DNA from: Mycobacterium phage phiGD24-3
Sequence record: MW314854.1
Reading direction: 5' to 3' (one strand)
DNA: 54,877 bases
The position numbers and the translations under genes are program-made. The first letter of the stretch is position 1; each line of letters begins with the position of its first letter. This document shows, one piece after another, positions 11,461 to 20,703 of this stretch. Under the pieces are notes generated by a model. It was given only the letters and a program-made list of their open reading frames with translations. It made no database searches and had not been told where the DNA came from.

Positions 11461-13127
11461 CCCCTCAGCCGCCGCACATAAGCGGCCCGGTGTGGGCCAA
11501 GAACATTGACGGATCGTGGCACCTTCCCGAGAAGACACTCGGGTGGGAAGTTCTTAACTGGTGGTCTGAGTACGTAAATTCCCCAGGTGCCAACGGTGGA
11601 CCGTTTATACCGACTCTGGAACAAGCCCGATTTGCGTTGTGGTGGTACGCCGTTGATGAGAATGGCAAGTATTCATTCCGTGAAGGCGTATTCCGACGTC
11701 TGAAAGGTCACGGGAAGGACCCGTTCTGTGCAGCACTGGCTCTCGTAGAGCTGTGCGGACCGGTCGCGTTCTCCCACTTTGATGATGACGGCAACCCCGT
11801 TGGTAAGCAACGGCACGCCGCGTGGATCACGGTAGCGGCTGTCTCGCAGGACCAGACGAAGAACACCTTCCGACTGTTTCCGGTGATGGCGACCAAACGC
11901 TTGAGGACTGAACACCGCCTCGAAATCAATCGTTTCATCATCCACGCCGACAACGGCGGATGCATCGAAGCGGCCACGTCCTCCCCCGCCTCCATCGAAG
12001 GCAACCGGCCCACACTGGTTATCGAGAACGAAACCCAGTGGTGGGGTACGGGACCGGCTGGTGAGGTCAACGAGGGCCACGTGATGCACGGTGCCGTTAT
12101 CGGAAACTTGACCAAGATTCCTTCGGCCCGCCGACTCGCTATCTGCAACGCGCACATACCCGGAAATGACACGGTAGCCGAGCAAGACTACGACGCTTGG
12201 CAGGACATCCTTGGCGGTAAAGCTGTCGTTACCAACATGCTCTACGACGCCGTGGAAGCACCCTCAGACACACCCGTTTCAGAGATCCCTCCCCAATCGC
12301 AGGACCCAGAAGGATTCGCTGCTGGGGTTGAGAAGTTACGCCAGGGCGTCGAGATCGCTCGCGGTGACTCGTACTGGCTACCGGTCGATGAAATCGTGTT
12401 GTCGATTCTGGATACTAAGAATCCAATAACCGAGTCTCGTCGCAAGTTCCTGAACCAAGTCAACGCGTCCGAAGACTCTTGGATCGCTCCGACTCAATGG
12501 GACCGTATAGCCCTGTACGACAAGTCGTTCGCGCTACAAAAAGGCGAACGGATCACCCTCGGGTTCGACGGATCAAAGTCGAACGACTGGACAGCACTGG
12601 TTGCTTGCCGCGTTCACGATGGGATGTTGTTCCTAATCCAGTCGTGGAACCCCGAGCAGTACCCGAACAACGAAGTACCACGGGACCACGTAGATGCCAC
12701 GGTCCGATCTTGTTTCCAGGCGTACGACGTAGTCGCATTCCGCGCCGACGTCAAGGAGTTTGAGTCGTATGTAGATCAGTGGGGCAACGATTTTAAGGAT
12801 CGGCTCAGCGTAAACGCTTCGCCTAACAACCCGGTCGCCTTCGACATGCGCGGGAACCAGAAGAAGTTTGCGTTCGACTGCGAACGCTTCCTGGACGCCG
12901 TTCTTGAGCGGGAACTTAACCACGATGGTAACCCGATCCTACGGGCACACGTGTTGAACGCCAAGCGCTTTCCCACAACTTACGACGCCATCGCCATACG
13001 CAAAGCCACGAAGGCCAGCAAGAAGAAGATTGACGCCGCTGTCTGCGCAGTCCTCGCTTTTGGCGCACGACAGGAGTTCTTGATGAGCAACCACAACGTA
13101 GGACAGGGAGGGGTGGTGTTCGCGTGA
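11430..13127 (+). CDS. terminase large subunit
   Basis: ATG after GGAGGGA; ATPase and nuclease architecture; position before the portal. Confidence 0.9.
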   Translation: MRYPGGNGELAPQPPHISGPVWAKNIDGSWHLPEKTLGWEVLNWWSEYVNSPGANGGPFIPTLEQARFALWWYAVDENGKYSFREGVFRRLKGHGKDPFCAALALVELCGPVAFSHFDDDGNPVGKQRHAAWITVAAVSQDQTKNTFRLFPVMATKRLRTEHRLEINRFIIHADNGGCIEAATSSPASIEGNRPTLVIENETQWWGTGPAGEVNEGHVMHGAVIGNLTKIPSARRLAICNAHIPGNDTVAEQDYDAWQDILGGKAVVTNMLYDAVEAPSDTPVSEIPPQSQDPEGFAAGVEKLRQGVEIARGDSYWLPVDEIVLSILDTKNPITESRRKFLNQVNASEDSWIAPTQWDRIALYDKSFALQKGERITLGFDGSKSNDWTALVACRVHDGMLFLIQSWNPEQYPNNEVPRDHVDATVRSCFQAYDVVAFRADVKEFESYVDQWGNDFKDRLSVNASPNNPVAFDMRGNQKKFAFDCERFLDAVLERELNHDGNPILRAHVLNAKRFPTTYDAIAIRKATKASKKKIDAAVCAVLAFGARQEFLMSNHNVGQGGVVFA

Positions 13128-14563
13128 CAGCATACGAAGATCACGTAAACCACCTCCAGAACGTCCTATCCGGTCAGATGGGCGAGCTGCAACAGTCGGA
13201 GTCGTACCTGGACTCCAGCTACCGGCTTGAGACCATCGGCCTCGGAGTACCCCCGGAGATGCGAAAGCTCCGGGTGAACGTCGGATGGCCCGCTCTGTAC
13301 CTACGCGCTATCGAAGAACGCTTAGACGTAGAGGGCTTCCGAGTCAACGGACAATCCGAAGGCGTAGAGGAACTTTGGCAGTGGTGGCAAGACAACGACC
13401 TGGACGAAGAGTCAGGTCTAGGCCATATGGACGCTATGACGTTCCGACGTTCGTACATCACCGTAGCGGCCCCCGGACCCAACGACGACGCGGACTACCC
13501 GCTTATCCGGTTGGAGTCTCCGCTGTCGATGTACGCGGAGCTGGACCCACGCACCCACAACGTGACGCGGGCCTGCCGGTTTTACCACCTGGACTCCACC
13601 GACCCCAACGCGTTGATCGAAGGTAGGGCAGTCGCGGACGCGGCCACGTTGCTACTCCCCGACCGCACCATCTACCTACGACGAGACCAGGGTCCCGCTT
13701 CCAAGTGGATTCAGGACGGCCCTCCGGTGGTTCACAACCTCGGTGTTGTTCCGGTGGTCCCGTTGGTCAACCGCGCGAAACTATCCGACCGTCAAGGGCA
13801 GTCTGAGATCTCACCCGAGATTCGGTCGCTAACGGACGCCGCTGCCCGTACGTTGATGAACCTACAAGCGGCTTCCGAATTGATCGCCGTACCGCTACGA
13901 GGGTTCTTCGGCGTTGACCGAGGTCAGTTGACCAACGCCGACGGTAACGTGGCCTCCACCGCCGAGTTGTACTACGGGCGTTTTCTGGCGCTCTCGAATC
14001 CGCAAGGCAAGTCCTTCGAGTTCAAGGCAGCAGACCTACGCAACTTCGCCGAGGAGCTGAACGAACTCGCTAAGCAGTTCGCCGCGTACACCGGCCTCCC
14101 CCCGCAATACCTTTCGTTCTCGTCAGACAACCCCGCCTCGGCGGAAGCCATACAGGCTTCCGAGTCGCGGTTGGTCAAGACGTGTGAGCGCAAGGCTCGG
14201 ATGTTCGGCGGCTCGTGGGAGCGCGCGATGAGACTGGCCACCAAGGTCATGGGTAAAGAAGTCCCCGAGGAATACCACCGGCTTGAAACCGTGTGGCGCG
14301 ACCCGTCAACACCGACGATCTCGGCTAAGGCCGACGCAGCTACCAAGCTGTACGCCAACGGACAAGGCCCGGTTCCGAAGGAAATGATCCGAATTGACCT
14401 GGGGTACACCTCGGAGCAGCGAGCGCAAATGAAGGAATGGGACGCCGAGGATCGTCAGTCGATCCTCACCGACCTCTACGCGCAGACGAAGGCCGTTGCT
14501 GATGCGACACCTAAACCGGACCCTGCGACCAAGAAGCCCGCTAGCACCGGTAGTACGAAGTGA
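13124..14563 (+). CDS. portal protein
   Basis: GTGA coupling to terminase; size and position. Confidence 0.85.
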   Translation: MTAYEDHVNHLQNVLSGQMGELQQSESYLDSSYRLETIGLGVPPEMRKLRVNVGWPALYLRAIEERLDVEGFRVNGQSEGVEELWQWWQDNDLDEESGLGHMDAMTFRRSYITVAAPGPNDDADYPLIRLESPLSMYAELDPRTHNVTRACRFYHLDSTDPNALIEGRAVADAATLLLPDRTIYLRRDQGPASKWIQDGPPVVHNLGVVPVVPLVNRAKLSDRQGQSEISPEIRSLTDAAARTLMNLQAASELIAVPLRGFFGVDRGQLTNADGNVASTAELYYGRFLALSNPQGKSFEFKAADLRNFAEELNELAKQFAAYTGLPPQYLSFSSDNPASAEAIQASESRLVKTCERKARMFGGSWERAMRLATKVMGKEVPEEYHRLETVWRDPSTPTISAKADAATKLYANGQGPVPKEMIRIDLGYTSEQRAQMKEWDAEDRQSILTDLYAQTKAVADATPKPDPATKKPASTGSTK

Positions 14564-15471
14564 CACCGGAGGAGTACGCAGCCGCACAGCTCGCCATCTC
14601 CGCAGCTGTCGTTAGGTACGTAGAGTCATTCGCCCAATTCATCGTGGCGGTCGGACAATCGCTGTCCCTTGCCAACTGGGGGAAGTCCCTAGAACTGCTG
14701 TTCCCTGCGGTGCAACAAGGCCGTTGGGATTCAGCGGTTCTCGGTCGTAAGTTCTACGACGACCAGCGGGCCAGACATTTCCCCGATCTGCCAAGGCATG
14801 ACCGGTTCATCGAGAACTACGAGTTCAGCGACTTTGTGTTCGACATGGAACCGGTTCGCCGGGATCTGATGGAGATGAGGTCTAGCCGAGACGCGGTAGA
14901 GCACATCGCGCTCCGCGCGGTGCGGTCTGTAGAGAACGGTGCTAGACGGCAGATTATCCAAGCCGTCGAATCGGACACCGATCTGGCTGACGAACTCTCT
15001 GAAGAGGATCTTCGCAAGAAGTCTCGTCGTGTTCAGGGGTGGGCACGGGTAGCCACAGGTAGGGAAACCTGCGCGTGGTGCCTGATGCTCATCTCCCGTG
15101 GTCCGGTCTACATGGACGCTGTCACAGCGGGTCTTGACCTGGACCACCTCTCTGCTGTCGAGATGCACCTGAACGGTGAGGACATCTCCGACTACATGGA
15201 GCAATGGCATACCGGTTGTGACTGCAAGGTCGTTCCGGTGTTTAAAAACGAAGACTGGGCAGGTAAGGCCGCGTATCTCAAAGCCGAAAAGCTTTGGATC
15301 GAAGCGACCAACGAAGCCAAGAAACTTCGTGAAGAAGAACCCGATCGTGTTTACACGGCAGGGAAGAACAAGGGTAAGCCGATCACGTTGAACGACGACG
15401 TGATAAACGCCCTGCGCCGCAAGTTGTCTCGCGGCGAAATCAAACCCGAAGATTTCGCGTTCGTCGCGTAG
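14560..15471 (+). CDS. putative capsid maturation protease / MuF-like head morphogenesis protein
   Basis: synteny (portal-X-scaffold-capsid); GTGA coupling. Confidence 0.55.
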   Translation: MTPEEYAAAQLAISAAVVRYVESFAQFIVAVGQSLSLANWGKSLELLFPAVQQGRWDSAVLGRKFYDDQRARHFPDLPRHDRFIENYEFSDFVFDMEPVRRDLMEMRSSRDAVEHIALRAVRSVENGARRQIIQAVESDTDLADELSEEDLRKKSRRVQGWARVATGRETCAWCLMLISRGPVYMDAVTAGLDLDHLSAVEMHLNGEDISDYMEQWHTGCDCKVVPVFKNEDWAGKAAYLKAEKLWIEATNEAKKLREEEPDRVYTAGKNKGKPITLNDDVINALRRKLSRGEIKPEDFAFVA

Positions 15472-15494
15472 CTCTTCGTCGGCCCGTCACATCC

Positions 15495-15520
15495 AAGCGC
15501 CCCAGGTGGGCGCTTTTTTC
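15495..15520 (+). terminator. intrinsic terminator (AAGCGCCC-cagg-tGGGCGCTT + TTTTTC)
   Basis: 8-bp GC stem followed by T-tract, read directly. Confidence 0.6.
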
Positions 15521-15540
15521 ATGCCCAGGAGGCACTTTTC

Positions 15541-16050
15541 ATGTCAGAAACCGTCACCGAAAGCCCGGAAGCCACTGCACCCGAGGCACCGAAGCCGACA
15601 CCGCCCGCCGCGAAGGCGTCCAAAGAAGACGACCTTCCCGACTGGGCACGTCAGCAGATCTCATCTGCGAACCAGGAGGCGGCTAATTACCGCGTCCAAC
15701 TCCGAGAGGCCAACAACGCATTGCAGTCAGCACAGGAGAAAGTTGCTTCCTTGACTGCGGAAAAGACCCAGGCGGTCAACGCAAGTGCCTCGATTCAGAC
15801 CGACTTCGACAAGTTGGTCACGGCTATCAAGGCCGAAGTCCCCAACGACAAAGTCTTCGCTTTCGCCAAGACGCTCCAGGGGACCACGGAGGACGAACTG
15901 GCAGCCCATGCGGCGGAACTGAAGTCGATCTTCGGTAGCGCTCTGGGATCTTCGCCCGCCTACGACCCGTCACAGGGCCGTGGTGCGGCTACGAGCGCAA
16001 GTCCCGCCGACGCTTTCGCCGCACTTCTCAAATCGAAACTTACTAGATAA
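15541..16050 (+). CDS. scaffolding protein
   Basis: RBS CCAGGAGG; Ala/Glu-rich coiled-coil composition; directly precedes the capsid gene. Confidence 0.7.
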   Translation: MSETVTESPEATAPEAPKPTPPAAKASKEDDLPDWARQQISSANQEAANYRVQLREANNALQSAQEKVASLTAEKTQAVNASASIQTDFDKLVTAIKAEVPNDKVFAFAKTLQGTTEDELAAHAAELKSIFGSALGSSPAYDPSQGRGAATSASPADAFAALLKSKLTR

Positions 16051-16063
16051 GGAACGTTGAAAC

Positions 16064-17308
16064 ATGGCTCAACTGAATGAGCTTGCCCCCAACACAACCG
16101 ACAACCACCAGGGCCGGTTGGCTTACACGCCGTCCGAACTTCTACCCCCGACAGTAGTCGGTCCGATCTTTGATCAGGCACAGGAGCACTCGCTTGTTCT
16201 GCGCCTCGGAGAGCAGATCCCGGTGAGCTACGGAGAGACCGTAATCCCCACCACAACTAAGCGTCCCGCTGTCGGTCAGGTCGGTACCGGTACTTCCAAC
16301 GCACAGCGAGAAGGTGGTACGAAGCCGATCTCGGGTACCGCGTGGGACACGCGAGCCTTCAGCCCGATCAAGCTGGCCACCATCGTTACCGTCGCGGAAG
16401 AGTTCGCACAGAAGAACCCCGCCGGTCTCTACACGCAGCTTCAGGGCGACTTGGCGTTCGCGATCGGTCGTGGTGTTGACCTTGCGGTACTACACGGTAA
16501 GGACGCTCTCCGAGGTACTGCCCTTCAGGGCATCGACACCGACAACGTCATCGCCAACACTTCGCACTACAAGAACCTGACTGCGGGCAACATCATCGAT
16601 GGCCTACTTGACGGCTACGACCTGGTCAATGCCAACTCGAAGTTCAACTTCGATGGGTGGGCTGTAGACCCCCGTTTTCGGTCCACCGTAGCCCGCGCCT
16701 CGATTCACCGGGACGCTAACGGCAACGTCGACAACACCAGGGTCAATCTAGCGGCGGGTGTTACCGATATTCTCGGTCTCCCCGCCCACTTTGGCCGTGG
16801 CGTCGGTGGTGACCTGGACGCTTGCACCGACTCGGGTATCCGGGTTATCGGTGGCGACTTCTCCCAGCTTCGTTGGGGATTCGCCGATCAGATCCGGGTC
16901 AAGATCAGCGACACCGCTTCGCTCACCGATGGCACCAACACCGTTTCGATGTGGCAGACCAACCAGGTCGCAATCCTGGTGGAGTGCACCTTCGGCTGGG
17001 TCCTGGGCGACAAGGAAGGGTTCGTGAAGTTCTCCAACCGGGGCACCACGACCTACACGGTCGCTCTGGGCGGCGCTACTGCGGGTAACTTCAAGCTGTC
17101 TCTGAACGGTATGCCTTCCGCCGACATCGCCTACAACGCAGCGGCTTCCGCTGTGAAGTCCGCGATCGTGGCGATTGACGACGGCGTAGCCGCCGCCGAT
17201 GTGACTGTGACCGGTTCTGCTGGAACCTACACCGTCACCGTTCCAGGTCTGCTGGAGATCGACGGCACCGGCCTGACCGGTGGCTCACCCAGCGTCACTG
17301 TCGTCTGA
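16064..17308 (+). CDS. major capsid protein (with C-terminal shared module)
   Basis: size and position; C-terminal 60 aa similar to the module in major tail and other structural proteins. Confidence 0.85.
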   Translation: MAQLNELAPNTTDNHQGRLAYTPSELLPPTVVGPIFDQAQEHSLVLRLGEQIPVSYGETVIPTTTKRPAVGQVGTGTSNAQREGGTKPISGTAWDTRAFSPIKLATIVTVAEEFAQKNPAGLYTQLQGDLAFAIGRGVDLAVLHGKDALRGTALQGIDTDNVIANTSHYKNLTAGNIIDGLLDGYDLVNANSKFNFDGWAVDPRFRSTVARASIHRDANGNVDNTRVNLAAGVTDILGLPAHFGRGVGGDLDACTDSGIRVIGGDFSQLRWGFADQIRVKISDTASLTDGTNTVSMWQTNQVAILVECTFGWVLGDKEGFVKFSNRGTTTYTVALGGATAGNFKLSLNGMPSADIAYNAAASAVKSAIVAIDDGVAAADVTVTGSAGTYTVTVPGLLEIDGTGLTGGSPSVTVV

Positions 17309-17322
17309 CATCTGAACTGAAC

Positions 17323-17366
17323 GGAGGGGGCTTCTTTGGAGGCCCCCTCCCTTCCCTTGGAAGGGG
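17323..17366 (+). terminator. tandem GC hairpins after the capsid gene (GGAGGGGGC...GCCCCCTCC; CCTTCC-ctt-GGAAGG)
   Basis: perfect 9-bp and 6-bp stems; no U-tract. Confidence 0.5.
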
Positions 17367-17371
17367 TACTT

Positions 17372-17776
17372 ATGGCTTACGCAATCCCTTCTGACGTGTC
17401 AGGACGGCTTGGACGAGAGCTGAGCGCGGATGAGGCGACGATGGTCGCCGCACGACTCGCAGACGCAGAGCTGATCATCCGGTCCCGAATACCGGACCTG
17501 GACGACCAGATAACCGACGACAAGATCGACGTCGAGATTGTCAAGATGATCGAGGCCAACGCAGTAGTACGGCTGGTACGAAACCCTAACGCGTACACCG
17601 GGGAAACGGACGGGAACTACTCGTACCAGATCAACTGGAAGACCGCTACGGGGGAGCTGGAAATACTCGACAACGAGTGGGCTCTACTAGGAATCTCGCA
17701 AGCGATGTTCGTCATCGCCCCGTTGATCCCGGATATCGCGTATACCTGCGAACCCGAGTTCTGGTTCCCACTATGA
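17372..17776 (+). CDS. head-to-tail connector protein
   Basis: RBS GGAAGGGG; position. Confidence 0.65.
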   Translation: MAYAIPSDVSGRLGRELSADEATMVAARLADAELIIRSRIPDLDDQITDDKIDVEIVKMIEANAVVRLVRNPNAYTGETDGNYSYQINWKTATGELEILDNEWALLGISQAMFVIAPLIPDIAYTCEPEFWFPL

Positions 17777-18135
17777 GTCAGCTCGACGTAATGAACTCGG
17801 ACGTCGTTGTCTACCCCCAGGTTACGGAATCTAACCGTCATGGGAACACAACTACTAAGGCTTCCGATATAGGGGTACCGACACCGGCACGCATCCAGGT
17901 TGCGTCGTCTTCAGGTACGTCGGCTCGACGTGCTGAGCAGGACAACGAGGGATTCGAGTCGGAGGTCTTCTACCGAATCCGTTTTCCGCGTTCGTTCGAC
18001 GCGGATCACGGGATCTTAGGCATGCAATCCCAGATCGAATGGGAAGGCAAGCGCTACGGGATCTTCGGGATACCGCAGCGGTACATGGGATCTCCACGAA
18101 CCGCTCACGTCGAGTACTTGATGCAGAGGTCTTGA
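17773..18135 (+). CDS. head-to-tail adaptor/stopper
   Basis: ATGA coupling; position. Confidence 0.6.
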   Translation: MSQLDVMNSDVVVYPQVTESNRHGNTTTKASDIGVPTPARIQVASSSGTSARRAEQDNEGFESEVFYRIRFPRSFDADHGILGMQSQIEWEGKRYGIFGIPQRYMGSPRTAHVEYLMQRS

Positions 18136-18485
18136 TGTCCGTCAAACTCATCGGTGAAAAGGCTATGAACCACGTGGTGTCCCACCTCGAAGGTGTACAC
18201 CACGCAGTCGGGGACGCAGCTCGCCGGGTGGAAGTCCAAGCCGAACGACGGCTTGCGATGCACCACGACACCGGAGCCGCGCACATAACTCGTACCGAGG
18301 GCGACGTTGACTGGTTCGTGAACCTGGTTGACGAAGCCGCTCTGTCTATCGAGTTCGGCCACTGGGTAGAGGGCAAGTACAAGGATGAAGACCACCCCCA
18401 GTACGTCCCCGGTCTTTACATCCTCTCTACCGCATCCGGTTTGGATGCTGCGCCTAGATCAGGTCCACGACGGAAGGGGAAGTAG
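18135..18485 (+). CDS. head-tail joining protein
   Basis: TGATG coupling; position. Confidence 0.6.
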   Translation: MSVKLIGEKAMNHVVSHLEGVHHAVGDAARRVEVQAERRLAMHHDTGAAHITRTEGDVDWFVNLVDEAALSIEFGHWVEGKYKDEDHPQYVPGLYILSTASGLDAAPRSGPRRKGK

Positions 18486-18887
18486 TTGCCCCAGTCGATT
18501 ACCGACACCGTAGTTGAGATCCTTCAGACGAAGTTTCCAGACGCTCTTGTCGATACGTGGGTTCAGAACGTCGACTATCGGCGGTTCCCGTTCTTCAACG
18601 TACGCCGCATAGGCGGACCGAGACACCCACGTAGGCCAAGACAACTGTCGTTCCCTGTCATTGAACTAACCCTCATCGGGAACGAAAACCTAGACAGCAC
18701 CTACGACCTCTACGACGACGCGGTACTAGCACTGTACGACGCGGTCAAAAGGCAGACCCAAACAGCCCATGGGTACCTGCATTCGATGGAGGAAACCATG
18801 GGGGCGACCGAGTTCGACTCCCCATACACCGACACATGGCGTGTCCAAGGGCTAATCAAATTCGGCCTACGGCCACTTAGAAATTGA
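18486..18887 (+). CDS. tail terminator-like protein
   Basis: TTG start; position before the major tail gene. Confidence 0.55.
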   Translation: MPQSITDTVVEILQTKFPDALVDTWVQNVDYRRFPFFNVRRIGGPRHPRRPRQLSFPVIELTLIGNENLDSTYDLYDDAVLALYDAVKRQTQTAHGYLHSMEETMGATEFDSPYTDTWRVQGLIKFGLRPLRN

Positions 18888-18894
18888 GGAAACA

Positions 18895-19737
18895 ATGGCT
18901 CTTGATGATGACGCCGTTATCACAGCTGCCGTAGGCTACGTCTACACCGCTACCGCTGGTACAGCAGCACCCAGCCCCGCCGAGATCGACGCGTTCGACC
19001 CTGTGACCTTCGGGGCGCAGACCCAGAAGGTCGTGGCTTCGGCTGCGACCACCCTTACGGTCGGTGGTCAGAACACCCCGTCGCTACCCACTACCGCCAC
19101 GGCAGCAGCCGTACAGACTGCCCTAGAGGGCTTATCAACAGTGGGTGCGGGCAACGTGCTGGTGGTTGGATCTACCGACCCTACAGACACTATCGCGGAC
19201 GGATTGAACGTCTCGTGGGTCGGTGAGAAGCTGGGTGAAACCATCGCCCTGACTGGATCAACCGCCACTATCACCCCAGTTACAGCCGCTAACGGCTGGT
19301 CTATGACCGGCCACACCTCTCGGGATGATCTCCCGGAGTTCGGCAAGGACGGTGGCGACACCGAGGTCAAGGGCACCTGGCAGAACAAGGCGCTCCGCGA
19401 AACGCTCTCGGGCGACCCCCGAGTCGACTTCGTTACGGTGAAGCTCGAACAGTTCGACAAGAGGAACCTGGAACTGTTCTACGGTCCCGACGCAGCCAGC
19501 ACCGCAGGTGTATTCGGTGTGGACGGATCGTTCACACCCGTTGAGAAGGCCGTCTTGATGGTCATCGTTGATGGTACGGCCTCGATCGGATTCCACGCCC
19601 CTAAGGCGTCGATCCGTGGCGACGACTCAATCGACATGAGCGTAGACGGATTCACCGGATTCCCAGTGCGATTCACGTTCCTGAAGATGGGCGCTCGCCG
19701 CCTCTTCGATTGGATCTCTGGGGTTTTCCTAGATTAA
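18895..19737 (+). CDS. major tail subunit (contains shared module)
   Basis: RBS GAGGAAAC; position; module 'AAVQTALEGLSTVGAGNVLVV'. Confidence 0.85.
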   Translation: MALDDDAVITAAVGYVYTATAGTAAPSPAEIDAFDPVTFGAQTQKVVASAATTLTVGGQNTPSLPTTATAAAVQTALEGLSTVGAGNVLVVGSTDPTDTIADGLNVSWVGEKLGETIALTGSTATITPVTAANGWSMTGHTSRDDLPEFGKDGGDTEVKGTWQNKALRETLSGDPRVDFVTVKLEQFDKRNLELFYGPDAASTAGVFGVDGSFTPVEKAVLMVIVDGTASIGFHAPKASIRGDDSIDMSVDGFTGFPVRFTFLKMGARRLFDWISGVFLD

Positions 19738-19740
19738 GGA

Positions 19741-19754
19741 CTTGACATACGGCC
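19741..19754 (+). promoter_or_regulatory. stoperator-type repressor site (CTTGACATACGGCC), the only left-arm copy
   Basis: exact reverse complement of the right-arm GGCCGTATGTCAAG. Confidence 0.7.
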
Positions 19755-19772
19755 ATTGTATGTCGTCTGACC

Positions 19773-19814
19773 GGGGAGGGGTACACCTTGGCGGGCCTGC
19801 CCCTCCCCTCTTTT
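19773..19814 (+). terminator. intrinsic terminator after the major tail gene (GGGGAGGGG...CCCCTCCCC + TCTTTT)
   Basis: 9-bp stem plus T-tract. Confidence 0.6.
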
Positions 19815-19846
19815 ACTGGCCCGCCTAAATACTTGAAAGGCCCGCT

Positions 19847-20221
19847 ATGTCAAACGTATTCACCCTCGACGCTATGCGCGAGGAACTAGACCGCAAGTAT
19901 GCCCCAGTGCTTATCGAGATCGGAAGCGAGCATGTGGAGCTGCGCAATCTGCTCCGACTGAAATCGGAGCAGCGCAAGCAAGTTGCCGACAAGCTCGAAA
20001 AACTCAAGACCCTCGACGTCGCTGGCAAGGACGGGGACGAAATGTCTCTAGCCGAGTTGGATCATTTCACGAACCTTGCGGAAGAGATCTTGTACCAGGT
20101 CGCAGACAAACCGGACAAGCTCATAAGCGCCCTAGATGGTGACATGTCTCTGATCATGCAGGTTTTTGATGCGTGGATGGGCGACACCCAAGCGGGGGAA
20201 GCCTCCAGCTCGGAGAGCTAA
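19847..20221 (+). CDS. tail assembly chaperone (G-like)
   Basis: RBS GAAAGG; position before the tape measure gene. Confidence 0.8.
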   Translation: MSNVFTLDAMREELDRKYAPVLIEIGSEHVELRNLLRLKSEQRKQVADKLEKLKTLDVAGKDGDEMSLAELDHFTNLAEEILYQVADKPDKLISALDGDMSLIMQVFDAWMGDTQAGEASSSES

Positions 20222-20703
20222 TCGACAAGCACGGACAGTACCTTGCAGCCGACTTGATGGAGACGTACACCGTAGACATCCGCGACGTTCTGGACGCGGA
20301 TTCCGGTGTAACGCCTCGTTGGCTATTGGTTCTTATAGGTGGACTCGGCTCCAAATCCCGTTATGCCGCTGAGCTGAACGGCGGTCAGCAGTTCCGAGGG
20401 TGGGACCTAGACCGATGTGTGTCCGTGTACTCGCTAGAAACTCTCCGGGCTATTCAGTGGCTCTACACGGCTGCCCACGTAGAGCGAAAGCCACAGTTCC
20501 CCAAGCCCTTCCCAATTCCCAGGGACAGGCGGCCCAAAGAAAAAACCCCCGACAAGCCAGGTTCTTTCGCGTTCATCGCTAAGTCCCGCCTTGCATCGGT
20601 GAAGAAGAGGAAGGCCGAACAATGGCAGGAGCCGGTGGCCGTGAAGTCGGTCGAATCTCCATCCGGGTCGTCCCCGACACAGACGGGTTCCGCCGAGATC
20701 TAA
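20173..20703 (+). CDS. tail assembly chaperone -1 frameshift extension (GT-like)
   Basis: -1 frame ORF overlapping the end of 19847-20221; candidate slip sites GGTTTTT (20161-20167) or GGGGGAA (20194-20200). Confidence 0.65.
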   Translation: MDGRHPSGGSLQLGELIDKHGQYLAADLMETYTVDIRDVLDADSGVTPRWLLVLIGGLGSKSRYAAELNGGQQFRGWDLDRCVSVYSLETLRAIQWLYTAAHVERKPQFPKPFPIPRDRRPKEKTPDKPGSFAFIAKSRLASVKKRKAEQWQEPVAVKSVESPSGSSPTQTGSAEI

